Part shown: piece by piece, positions 11,537-21,363 of the stretch
Position numbering within the stretch: position 1 is the first letter of the stretch
Layout of the letters: each line of letters begins with the position of its first letter
Assembly (NCBI GenBank): GCA_977018835.1
Contig: OZ361258.1
Coordinates: 3,162,001 to 3,226,000, forward strand
Length of the DNA stretch: 64,000 nucleotides
Direction of reading: 5' to 3'
Source of the DNA: Minutocellus sp. GHC0000111
Lineage: Eukaryota
Translations under genes and position numbers: made by a program
Notes under the pieces: model-generated
Databases searched by the model: none
What the model was told of the DNA's origin: nothing
Seen by the model: only the letters and a program-made list of their open reading frames with translations

Positions 11537-12154
11537 CTTGGGAATGATGAGCGGATGCTATCGCACGGGGAATAATTTGTGAATTGTGACCGGTCGAGAT
11601 CCAATGCATCGGTCGATGAAGGAAGGGATGTGAGGGTTGTGCCCAACCATAATGGGTGCGGCGATGGATGGATCGTGTCATATGATGGTTTTGAGCGATG
11701 AGATCGTGCCTTTGTAGTTCGTGGATGAGTCCCAGCGCGCGGCCCCTAATTGAACACGGGAAGCGGCAGCAGCAGCAGAACGCGCGAGAGAAGGCTCGTA
11801 TAATAATCCATCGTGTCAATACCGTTTGGGACTCGCCTTGGTGTGACCCAGTCTGCGATGCTTTGCTGGTGCTTCACGAATAAGCAAGCAGGCCGGCATG
11901 CAAATCAAATCATCAAATCGCCAACTTGCTTCAGGTGCGAACCAAAGCCGGCGAGCCTGCGAACCTTGTCTCTTTCCTTCCATGTCATCGTGACGTGAAG
12001 GGAAAAGTCTTTGATTTTTGGTCCGTCCGTTGCACGAACCAATGCTTTGCGCGCGCGCCACCGGCACTTTCCGACCTTGAACTTCCGGCGGCGGCAGGAA
12101 CGACCGACGACGGTACATGTATTGCATTCGAAAGGATAGAAAGACGAAGCAACC

Positions 12155-13933
12155 ATGAGCAATAATCAGAACGATGACACAGAGCAGCAGGTGAGATATT
12201 TCATGTCCTGAAGTTTTGGTCGTTTTCCTGCTGGTTTTGGTTTCGGTCCCATAACTCCCCGGCTCGCACACGCACTTGGGAGTTACTTTTTCGGCAATGA
12301 CCAACCAACCTTTCCTTTTGCTTTGCATTGCATTCTTGATTGCTTCCATTTCCTTTGTCTCGCCAATTTACACCGCTGATTACACTCTCCCATATCTTAT
12401 TCATTCACAACCAACTGCACCAACACAGATCGAGATCTTCAAGGTGAAGAAGCTCATCAAGAATCTGCAGGCGGCCCGAGGAAATGGCACGTCCATGATC
12501 TCCCTCATCATTCCCCCCGGCGATCAGATCAGCCGCGTCAACAAGATGCTTTCCGATGAGTGAGTTTATATATGACACGTCGAATGCATCGAATGCTTTG
12601 GTGTATCTTCCTGTTGGTGGGCGTTTCGTATCTGCCAAGCATGTGTTTCTTTCCTAACACATGTCTTGCTCATATTTCACATAATTTCAACAAATTTTAT
12701 CAAATTTCCAGGTACGGCACTGCGTCCAACATCAAGTCGCGCGTGAACCGTCTTTCGGTTTTGGGTGCCATCACCTCGACGCAGCAGCGTCTCAAGCTGT
12801 ACAACAAGTGTCCCAAGAACGGGCTGGTCATCTACTGCGGCACGGTCATTACTGACGAGGGCAAGGAGAAGCGCGTCAACATTGATTTCGAGCCCTTCAA
12901 GCCGATCAACACCTCGCTGTATCTGTGTGACAACAAGTTCCATACCGAGGACCTTAACGAGCTTCTCATTGACGACGAGGCCTTTGGGTTCATCGTGATG
13001 GACGGTAACGGCTGTTTGTACGGTACCGTTCAGGGATCCAACCGTGAAGTCTTGCACAAATTCTCCGTCGACCTGCCCAAGAAGCACGGCCGTGGTGGTC
13101 AGTCCGCCCTGCGTTTCGCCCGTCTTCGTCTCGAGAAGCGACACAACTACGTCCGCAAGGTTGCCGAGCTGGCCACCCAGCTGTTTGTTCCCGATGGGCA
13201 GAAGCCCAACGTTCAGGGCATCGTCTTGGCGGGTTCGGCCGACTTCAAGTCCGAGCTGATGCGTTCCGACCTGTTCGACGGTCGGCTTTCCAAGATCGTC
13301 ATCAAGATGGTCGATGTGTCCTACGGTGGCGAGAATGGGTTCAACCAGGCCATCGAGCTCAGTGCCGACACCCTCGGCACCGTCAAGCTGATGAAGGAGA
13401 AGAAGCTCCTCCAATCCTTCATGGACCAGATCAGTCAGGACACCGGCAAGTACTGCTTCATGGTCGACGATACCCTCAAGGCCTTGGAATTGGGTGCCGC
13501 CGAGGATTTGATTATATGGGAGAACCTCGAAATCAGCCGCTTCGTCTTGCGCAATTCCAGCACCAGCGAGGAGACGGTTGTCCACCTCAATAAGGAGCAG
13601 GAGGCCAATGAGAACTTCTTCCATGACAAGGAGACCGGCGTCGAGCTCGAGGTTATAGAAAAGGAGAGCCTCGTGGAATGGATGGCCGAAAACTACAAGC
13701 AGTACGGTTGCAATTTGGAGTTTGTCACCGATCGGTCGAGTGAGGGCACACAGTTCGTCAAGGGCTTCGGTGGTATCGGTGCTATATTGCGATGGAAGGT
13801 CGATTTCGTCGAGTTGAACCACTACGAGGAGGCCGCTGCAGCCGATGAAGCTGCCGACGATAGCGATAGCGATGCCGGCAGTGACGGAGATGACGACGAT
13901 TATGGCTTCGACGATGGTGACTTTGGCTTCTAA
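12155..13933 (+). CDS. ETF1: Eukaryotic peptide chain release factor 1, 462 aa; exons 12155-12190, 12429-12559, 12712-13933
   Basis: GTSMISL, TASNIKS, YLCDNKF and GRGGQS motifs. Two canonical GTGAG...CAG introns give an in-frame 1389-nt CDS. Confidence 0.97.
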
Positions 13934-14599
13934 GCATCTTTCATGTATCGTAAGTCTAATAGAAAGAAGCGTTGTAACCAAGAACATTGACGAGCGTGTA
14001 GCATCATTCTTGTCACAGGTTTGCGAAGATGGCAAAGATCGACAAAACAAGGCCTTCAATAATTCGTCGAGGTTGGTCCTAGTGGAGTCTAATAGTCGTT
14101 GTTGATGACAAAGCGCTGGTGCAAACCTCGACCCAAGCGGTGACTTGTTATCTTGAATGTATAACTAGGTGATACCATGCAACAACATGAGTAACTTTAC
14201 CTAATCGAGTTAGCTCGCCAGTTTATTCTGCTCAGAATCCCACATCGCCCCCGTGGAGCCCATGGTAGTAGTGGAGAAGATGTTCGCCAATTGAGCCATT
14301 CTACCGCAGCTACTACCCATAGAACTCCACTAGATATCAATGGTAGCAAAATTTTATGCAAGTGATAGTAGCGCTGTGCTTATTTGGTGTGCTATCCTCG
14401 TAAGGCCTTCGTGGAGGTTGACGCCAACCGAGTTTGAGCGCCGAATGCCGCCACAAAATAGGTTAGCGACCCACAAGTAGCCGAGTAGGGCATTCTACCA
14501 CAGCAACCATGTATCAAACTCATCTAGGTGTATAATCTGAAAAGGCTTCATATGCGTGTTATTGAAATCGTGATTATTCTTTGTGCCATAGTGGTCACT

Positions 14600-16520
14600 C
14601 TTTCATGGAGATCGGTGCGGCCCAAAATAATCGGAAAAATGAAGGAATTTTCACGCCAAATCGCCCCTAATTCTAATCATACCGCCAACAAAGACATGCC
14701 ACGGACATCCAAAGCGTTAAAGTATGTCAAGGGTCGCGCTTTCATACCCTTTCGATGTAGTGGATGTGCTTCCTTGGCATGTAGCATGGTCATCGGTGGT
14801 CTGAGCCGGAGTCGTTCAGAATCCTGGCGGCGACCTCCACGAGCATTCAAGCACCTCCCGAAGGACCAAGAGTAGACGAAAACCCGCGAAACTTTTCATC
14901 AACGAGCCACCTTGTATCATACCTAGGCGAGGATTTAAAAGTACGGAGGCGATTGGAGGCTAGTAGTGCCAATCTACATCCATTATCTTCAGGTTTTGAC
15001 CCGCTGGGCCGCCGCTGCTGACCTCCGAGAGCAGTAAATTCCCATTTTGGATGACATGTCACAGCCCAAACCTCGGCACAAGCTCTTGCATTATCCGTTG
15101 AGTATATTATCGGGTAACGGGAACAAAGAGCGTGGATAGTATTGCCCAAGAGGCGAGAGTCAAACTCGCACAGCCAGTAAACACACACATCGAAAATCCT
15201 ACCAGCGACAGCCACGAGATTTCAGTTGTCCACTGAAGGACCAACATTGGACGAAAACCAACGAGACTTCTCATCAATGAGCCGTCTTATATCATGTCTG
15301 GGCGGGGATGATGATTCACCGAGGCTAGAGCCAACCTCTATCGCCAGTTTGTGCCCATGAAAGATATTTTTCACCGAAGCTAAAAAAAATGATTCCCAGC
15401 ACAAGATATTTTCACCAACTCATAGCTCTGTCAACTCCCACAGCACCGCTATCTCTATTTCACGACCATGCAAAACGTTCGAGTATATTAAGGAATGTTG
15501 TTTGATAACATTTCTATGCAGTAGTGGCGACTGGTTGTGGTCCGACACGACTTCCTGGCCTCAGATCGCAACACCAGAAAATCGCGTGAACGGCTTCCTC
15601 GGGCAGTCAAATATCTACAGAACCATCACCATCTGCCGAAAACCTACGAAACTGTTCATCGATGAGCCACCAGATATCATGTCCGAGAGATGATGGTATG
15701 CAACGGCAGTGATTAGATGGCTATGTCCCCATTCTAGCCTCGTCTGTCAGTTTTGGACGCCCGAACAAAGAAAAATGGACCCATTTCCATACCGATTCGC
15801 CTCTGTTGCTCGCCATGCCGCTACAATGGACAATTCGCTAGCATGTCAAAACACCAAGAATATAACTGATCACGCCTTGATACCCTTTCAAGCCATTCTT
15901 TGCTTTGTCTTGTTGTTCACAATTAGCATCATCTTGTGGGCACGCACCCCGTGGAAAATGCCGCGCCAGCCCCCACGAAAGATTCAGATCGTCACCGAAC
16001 CGTCGCCAATTGCCGAAAACCTGCGAAACTTTTCATCAATGAGCCACATGATATCATAGCTTGGCGAGGATGATAATTCACCGGCGCTATTTGGCGTAAC
16101 TTGTGTTCAATTCATACCCATGAGAGCTTTTCCCACCTTCCAGAGAAAAATATGGAGAAAATTACGGACAAATTTTCATGCCAGTTCACCTCTGTTCCTT
16201 CCCACACCGCCACTAAAGGCATTTCACTGGCATGTCAAAGCATCAGGGGTATACATGACCAAAGTTTGATACCCTTTCAACATGTTGATTGCGATTCCTG
16301 GTCGTTTCAAACGGCATCAATCTTCGGGCGCCCACCCAAAAATATTAGTGCAGCCACGCCCCTCGAAGAACTTCAATAGGTACCGAACCACCGCCAATTG
16401 CCGAAAACGCGCGAAACTTTTCATCAATATCCCACCTTATATCATAGCCAGGCGATAAATGTGAGCTGTAGCAGTTATCGGTAGTATACATGCCTCATCT
16501 AACACGATATTGCATGTTTT
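14600..16520. repeat. Degenerate tandem repeat, ~381-bp period, ~5 units
   Basis: The motif gaaaacc..cgaaacttttcatcaatgagccac...tatcat recurs with TCATC anchors at 14896, 15271, 15656, 16033 and 16421. ATACCCTTTC recurs at ~14744, ~15881 and ~16268. No credible ORF. Confidence 0.85.
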
Positions 16521-16686
16521 GTGGATTCTGCTCGTCATCTCCCCTCCAGTATTGATTTCGTCCCATGGTTGCCAATTTACTCCAAACAGATGATGACGAG
16601 TATTCCAAACGATCATGATACACCCACTGTGGCAATTCAGAACATTTCAACGGCATTTGGTTCGGTGGATGAGGTAAAGTACGTCA
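16521..16686 (-). repeat. 166-bp inverted copy of 17178-17343
   Basis: gtggattctgctcgtc...gtaaagtacgtca is the reverse complement of tgacgtactttac...gacgagcagaatccac. Confidence 0.95.
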
Positions 16687-16846
16687 CACCAGAAACGGTC
16701 GACAGACAGGCCACTTTTGCCCGCCATCGAAATCAGCACGCACATCTCACATCCCAGCCAAAGGAGAAGAGGTCGGCCCAAGGCATAAAGCAGATCTCCA
16801 TCGCGTCTCCACCCTCTGATCAGCCCAAACATATAGCAAACACATC

Positions 16847-17227
16847 ATGGAGGAGGAAAAGGCCCAACGGCTGCACGACACCCTGGCCAAGCTCCGCAAG
16901 GGCAACGGTTTGGGCACTTCCTCCCACTTCAATTTCGGTGGACCGTCGGCGGATGGTCCCATCGTCACCAAGAAGGATGCCAATGGCAATTTGGTGAGGG
17001 AAGATGGTCTGCCGATGAACGGGCTGTATTCCAACTTTGTGCGCGAGGGTGCTGCCTACGATCCGAAAAAGAGTGCGCAGCTCAAGTATGGCGACGGACG
17101 GGCCATCAAGCGCAACTTTGACGATTGCAAGGGTGGAAGCGATAGTGATAGCAGCGATAGTGATGGGAGGCTCAGTATGACGTACTTTACCTCATCCACC
17201 GAACCAAATGCCGTTGAAATGTTCTGA
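16847..17227 (+). pseudogene. Truncated chimeric copy of the Lys-rich gene (106 native codons plus 20 novel codons), copy 1
   Basis: Matches 62732-63049, then crosses the junction into GRLSMTYFTSSTEPNAVEMF*. Confidence 0.85.
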
Positions 17228-18100
17228 ATTGCCACAGTGGGTGTATCATGATCGTTTGGAATACTCGTCATCATCTGTTTGGAGTAAATTGGCAACCATG
17301 GGACGAAATCAATACTGGAGGGGAGATGACGAGCAGAATCCACCAGCCTTGGTTGTACTTGTCAGTGTGTCGAATGGCAATGGATTGTCGTTATTGAAAA
17401 CGTCTGCAATGCTCATCCTTCCACTCCTGGTTATATGTCAGGGCGGAATTGCATAAGTTTCAATACCATTTGGCCACATAGCACAACTTGTTGCACCCGA
17501 ACTAATTGCACCGCCCATCCCACCGCCAAAGAAATGTAGGGAAATTTTTTTACCAGTCACTCAACGGGGGGCTTCCTGACACTCGAACCACCGATGGAGC
17601 ATATCAATCGCTCGAGTATAACATCAGTGAAAAAATCACCAAAGTTATCGAGGGTACTCCATCGGCTTGGTCCTCATCTATCGTCAGGTCTTCCGCGAGG
17701 GACGGCGTCCTGGCAAAAGCCACGTCAGATTTTGGGACATCCAGCGGTGTTTGGCCACTCTTGTGCGCCCGATCTCAATAACACGGCCACACCAACACTT
17801 GATGCAACCATCAAAGCGAGCCTTCAAGTGGTCCATCGTCGGTTTACTGTCATCCATTCGACCTTCACCACGTATTTTCTGTGCAATTGTAGGCATGAAT
17901 TTCTTGGTGGAGGTCGATGACACAGTGCCGCTCGGCGAATTTCGGGATTTCCATCTCATAACTGCTCAGTCTTTTCTTTCTGGCATCAAGCTGCACCTAT
18001 ACCCGAGGCGCCCCGAGGTTGGGATGACAATTCCTCATCGTCTTGGTGGTCTTCTGGGTCCAAGTGACCGAGCTGCGCGCTACTTTGGAGATGTGCTCAT
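17165..18100 (-). pseudogene. Decayed type-II membrane protein gene, possibly polysaccharide pyruvyl-transferase-like, cut by the unit boundary (copy 1)
   Basis: One minus frame reads ...RLALMVASSVGVAVLL...STLDNFGDFFTDVILERL... through several TGA stops, with frameshifts further on. The family guess rests mainly on NFGD at 17646-17635. Confidence 0.4.
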
Positions 18101-18359
18101 GTCGCGGCCTGATGACTGGACGGTATTTCCGGGTTTCTCTGACGGCTTCTAAAAAATGGAATGCAAGCACTAATTTCTTACGTCACTGGACGCCCTTTAG
18201 TGCTTTTTGCGTATCTTTCCTCTCGCAGCCACGCAGCCAAGTCGGCTCATTGTTTGCATTACCGCCCAGCCATTACCATCCCACCACCCCACCTCCTCCT
18301 GAACTGATCTCTGCGGCTCATTTATCAGAGGAGGAAAATGGCCGGTCATTTGTCGACTT

Positions 18360-21227
18360 TTGGCATATCTCGTGTCATGTTCGGCGGCCTTTACGCCATC
18401 TACGAGTAGCACATGCTCGAGTTCTTCTCGGCGGTCATGTTCCTCGTCGGCGTCGACGTTGCGACTGCCTTCACTACATCCAACTTCTTCAGCTGATCGT
18501 GCCCAGCGGCATTCGTCTCTTTTGCAATCGTCAAACAATGCAAACGATTGCATTTCCAAGAATGAAGAGGACGAAGAACAGCACACAGGGACTGAATATT
18601 CCTACTGCGAGGCAAGGATCATGCGCCCTCTGCGAACACTATCGGCAGCCGCGGCAATGACTCTGGTAGGACCAGCCACGCCATTTGTTGCATCTGCTGC
18701 CGACGAAATGACCAAAGCCGCCATATCATCCTTCAATTCAGCCCTAGTGGAATATTTTGGCCCGTCGCTGCCGGCAGCTACGGCATCTCGACGTGTCCTG
18801 ACGACGTTGGCATCCAGAGGTGGATATCTGCCCAATCAATTCCAGTCCAAAACGTTGCTGGGATCGACCTTTTGCAACGTCAGAAAGGCCGATAAATCCA
18901 CATTTGAGGGACAGCTGGAAGTTGGACTTGGAAAAGCTTCGTTGATTCCTGGCAGCACTGGTAGTGCCAGTAGCGCCAAAGGAGCCTCGCCAATCAACAT
19001 CAATGGCATTGCCGGAGTACCCAATGCAGGTGCTATCAAACAGCTGTTGGCGCAATGTCCTCAGGGCGGCAAGGCCATCATCGTTTATGGATCCACAGTT
19101 GACATATCGGCATCGGGGGAGGTTGGGCGTGATGTTCGTGGATACGTCGGAAGATCAGGACTGGGCAACTGCGGTGCTTCCATTGCCGTCCTGGACGAAC
19201 TCCGGTCCAGAAACAGACCTACTACTGCAACAAGCGGTGCCGAGGAGGGATCGCTCAAGTCTCTGGTCAGCGGCGGCGGCCAGGAAGAGGAGATACTGGC
19301 CAAGTTGCGACGAAACCTTCTTGATGCCGGCGTCGACATCAATTCGTCTGATAGCAGCCGCCTAATGGCTGAGGTATCCAAGAAGCTGTTCAATGTCATT
19401 AGCGATTCGGTGGTGAAGGAAGTCGATTCAACGATCAAACAGAACGGATTTTGGGACGCAGTGTCGGAAGTAGTACTAATTGGTGGCATTGCCATTGATG
19501 GAGAAGAGGATTATTTCTTGCCGGTGACTTTCCAAACCATTAGCGGAGGAGCTGATGGGACAACGAGTACGAATTTTATTGACAATCTGTACAATGCCGA
19601 CTACGATGAGTTATCGCTACCCCAAAACAAGCAAGGCGGTGGCTCAACAACAACACCGTCGCTACCATCGGTGTCACTTCCAAAGGTTGATGTGCCCAAG
19701 ATTGCAGTGCCGGATATCAAGGTACCAATCGTCGATCTCAAACTTCCTTCCGTTCCCGACATCAAGGCTCCTGCCATAACTCTCCCGAATGTCAGCGCAC
19801 CTCAACTTGGCACTCTTCCTACCGTGAGCAAGACGACCGCAAATACCCTAGTGGGAGCCGGTGTAGCCACCGGCGTCATTGGAGGTGGCGTTTTGGCAGT
19901 AAATCAGCTTCGAAATAAGAACACCGAGCAATCCGAAGTGAAGGTAACAAACCAGCCCGAAGCATCTCCTGTTCAAATCACCCCCGATCCCGTGGAAACC
20001 ACAACTCAGGATGTACAGCTGATCGAAAGCGATCGTAAGCCCATCTTTTCGGTACCAGATTTCTTCACAAAGAAGGATGATTCCTCGAGCGCAACGATTG
20101 ATGAAACTTTTCCGCCGACAACTCAGTCTCCCTCCGATCTTGATGGCCAAGTGGAAGTCGCAGAGGAAAAGAAGTTCTCACTTTCCTCGCTATCACTACC
20201 ATCTGTATCGCTTCCACCGAATCCTTTTGGCGCCAAGGAGAAGGAGGAGATCATCACAAGCAAGGTATCAGCAGAGTCACCATCTTCATCATTGACGACA
20301 AATGATGAAAGTGGCGACACGAAGAAGCCATCCTTTTCCTTCCCTTCAATATCTGTCCCCAATCCATTTGAATCGAACGAGAGCGCACCAACATCATTGA
20401 CGACAAATGATGAAGAAAACGATAATGAAAAGAAGAAGCCGATTTCAATCCCCTCGATTTCGATTCCAAATCCACTTGACTCGATCCGAAGCGGTGCGAT
20501 TGCGAATCGATTCCGGAGCGGCGCTACTTCGTCTCTGACGGATGATCTTCTGGCATTGGCATTTGCGACGAATCAAGGCCAAGACGCAACGTCCCGACAA
20601 ATGGAATCGGCACTGGATATTGTCGCAAAGCTCGAAAAGCTTGCCCCGGTACCGGCCAAGAAGCTCTTCTCCAAGGAAATGGAAGGTACTTGGGATCTGC
20701 AATTTTGCTCGGACCCATATTCTTTTAGATCGAATCCGTTTTTCATGGCACGCCGAAGTTCTTGCTCCTCGGACCCTATTCTGCGAAGCTACTACGAGGA
20801 CGATTGCATGAACCTGCAGCAAGTACTACAAAAGAGCGGAAATGTTGATGCGGTGCGGCAGATTGTAAAGGGCGGGCAAATGATTTCTGAGACTGACCTT
20901 AGCACTGGCTTCGGTAAGAGTGCTCTCGTAAGTATTGCGGCATTGCGTCCGTCCTCAGCAAATACCAAACTCTCGGCTTGGGATGTATCGCTTCGAGGAA
21001 CGGAAATCAAAGGAAAGTACCCACAATTGACACGTCAACTGCGCGAGATCAAAGCCGTCATGTCGGGTGTGATCAAGGCACCACCGTTTGCGACGACATA
21101 TCTCGACGAGAATGTACGGATATCAAGAGACCAAGATGGAGCTGTCTATGTCTTCAGAAAGATATCCGACGTTGCAAAGCCAACCGACTATTCGTCACTG
21201 GCGAGAGATACTACGAAGATTATTTGA
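18360..21227 (+). CDS. Plastid-targeted fusion: degenerate LCIB/theta-carbonic-anhydrase domain, TM, Pro/Ser-rich repeats, PAP-fibrillin domain (copy 1); start codon uncertain
   Basis: 955-codon ORF with CSAA-FTP (ASAF-like). The theta-CA-like blocks are TLLGSTFC, NGIAGVP, IVYGSTVDISASGEVG, NCGASIA and LIGGIAID..EDYFLP. The fibrillin blocks are ATNQGQDAT, EGTWDL, FRSNPFFMA and TTYLDENVRISRDQDG. Confidence 0.85.
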   Translation: MAYLVSCSAAFTPSTSSTCSSSSRRSCSSSASTLRLPSLHPTSSADRAQRHSSLLQSSNNANDCISKNEEDEEQHTGTEYSYCEARIMRPLRTLSAAAAMTLVGPATPFVASAADEMTKAAISSFNSALVEYFGPSLPAATASRRVLTTLASRGGYLPNQFQSKTLLGSTFCNVRKADKSTFEGQLEVGLGKASLIPGSTGSASSAKGASPININGIAGVPNAGAIKQLLAQCPQGGKAIIVYGSTVDISASGEVGRDVRGYVGRSGLGNCGASIAVLDELRSRNRPTTATSGAEEGSLKSLVSGGGQEEEILAKLRRNLLDAGVDINSSDSSRLMAEVSKKLFNVISDSVVKEVDSTIKQNGFWDAVSEVVLIGGIAIDGEEDYFLPVTFQTISGGADGTTSTNFIDNLYNADYDELSLPQNKQGGGSTTTPSLPSVSLPKVDVPKIAVPDIKVPIVDLKLPSVPDIKAPAITLPNVSAPQLGTLPTVSKTTANTLVGAGVATGVIGGGVLAVNQLRNKNTEQSEVKVTNQPEASPVQITPDPVETTTQDVQLIESDRKPIFSVPDFFTKKDDSSSATIDETFPPTTQSPSDLDGQVEVAEEKKFSLSSLSLPSVSLPPNPFGAKEKEEIITSKVSAESPSSSLTTNDESGDTKKPSFSFPSISVPNPFESNESAPTSLTTNDEENDNEKKKPISIPSISIPNPLDSIRSGAIANRFRSGATSSLTDDLLALAFATNQGQDATSRQMESALDIVAKLEKLAPVPAKKLFSKEMEGTWDLQFCSDPYSFRSNPFFMARRSSCSSDPILRSYYEDDCMNLQQVLQKSGNVDAVRQIVKGGQMISETDLSTGFGKSALVSIAALRPSSANTKLSAWDVSLRGTEIKGKYPQLTRQLREIKAVMSGVIKAPPFATTYLDENVRISRDQDGAVYVFRKISDVAKPTDYSSLARDTTKII

Positions 21228-21363
21228 TGCCAATCAAATGTAGGCCAGAACAAAATTTACTGCATAAATTGTGCTATAGCATATGACTTAATGCATTCGG
21301 CTATCCTTAATTTCCAATGGCCAATGCTCGTGGCAAGCTTACAATATATTCCTAATTTTCATT

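Noticed and set aside
12560..12711. N-terminal extension of eRF1 in the ORF track
   Set aside because: It is intron 2 read in frame; the true N-terminus comes from the two upstream exons.
12155..13933. Variant genetic code or link between eRF1 and the nearby frameshifts and TGA stops
   Set aside because: The GTS, TASNIKS and YxCxxxF motifs are canonical, and local genes end in TAA, TAG and TGA normally.
12677..14059. 460-aa antisense ORF
   Set aside because: It is a shadow of eRF1.
14600..16520. CRISPR-like array
   Set aside because: The period is ~381 bp, similarity extends through the whole unit, there are no cas genes and the context is eukaryotic.
16521..16997. 158-aa ORF across the inversion junction
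   Set aside because: It has a GTG start and is an accidental join of a pseudogene fragment with non-coding and off-frame sequence.
16521..17343. The 166-bp inverted repeats as TIRs of a transposon
   Set aside because: There is no target-site duplication, the interior is a host gene fragment, and the right arm is ordinary unit sequence that is unpaired in the other copies.
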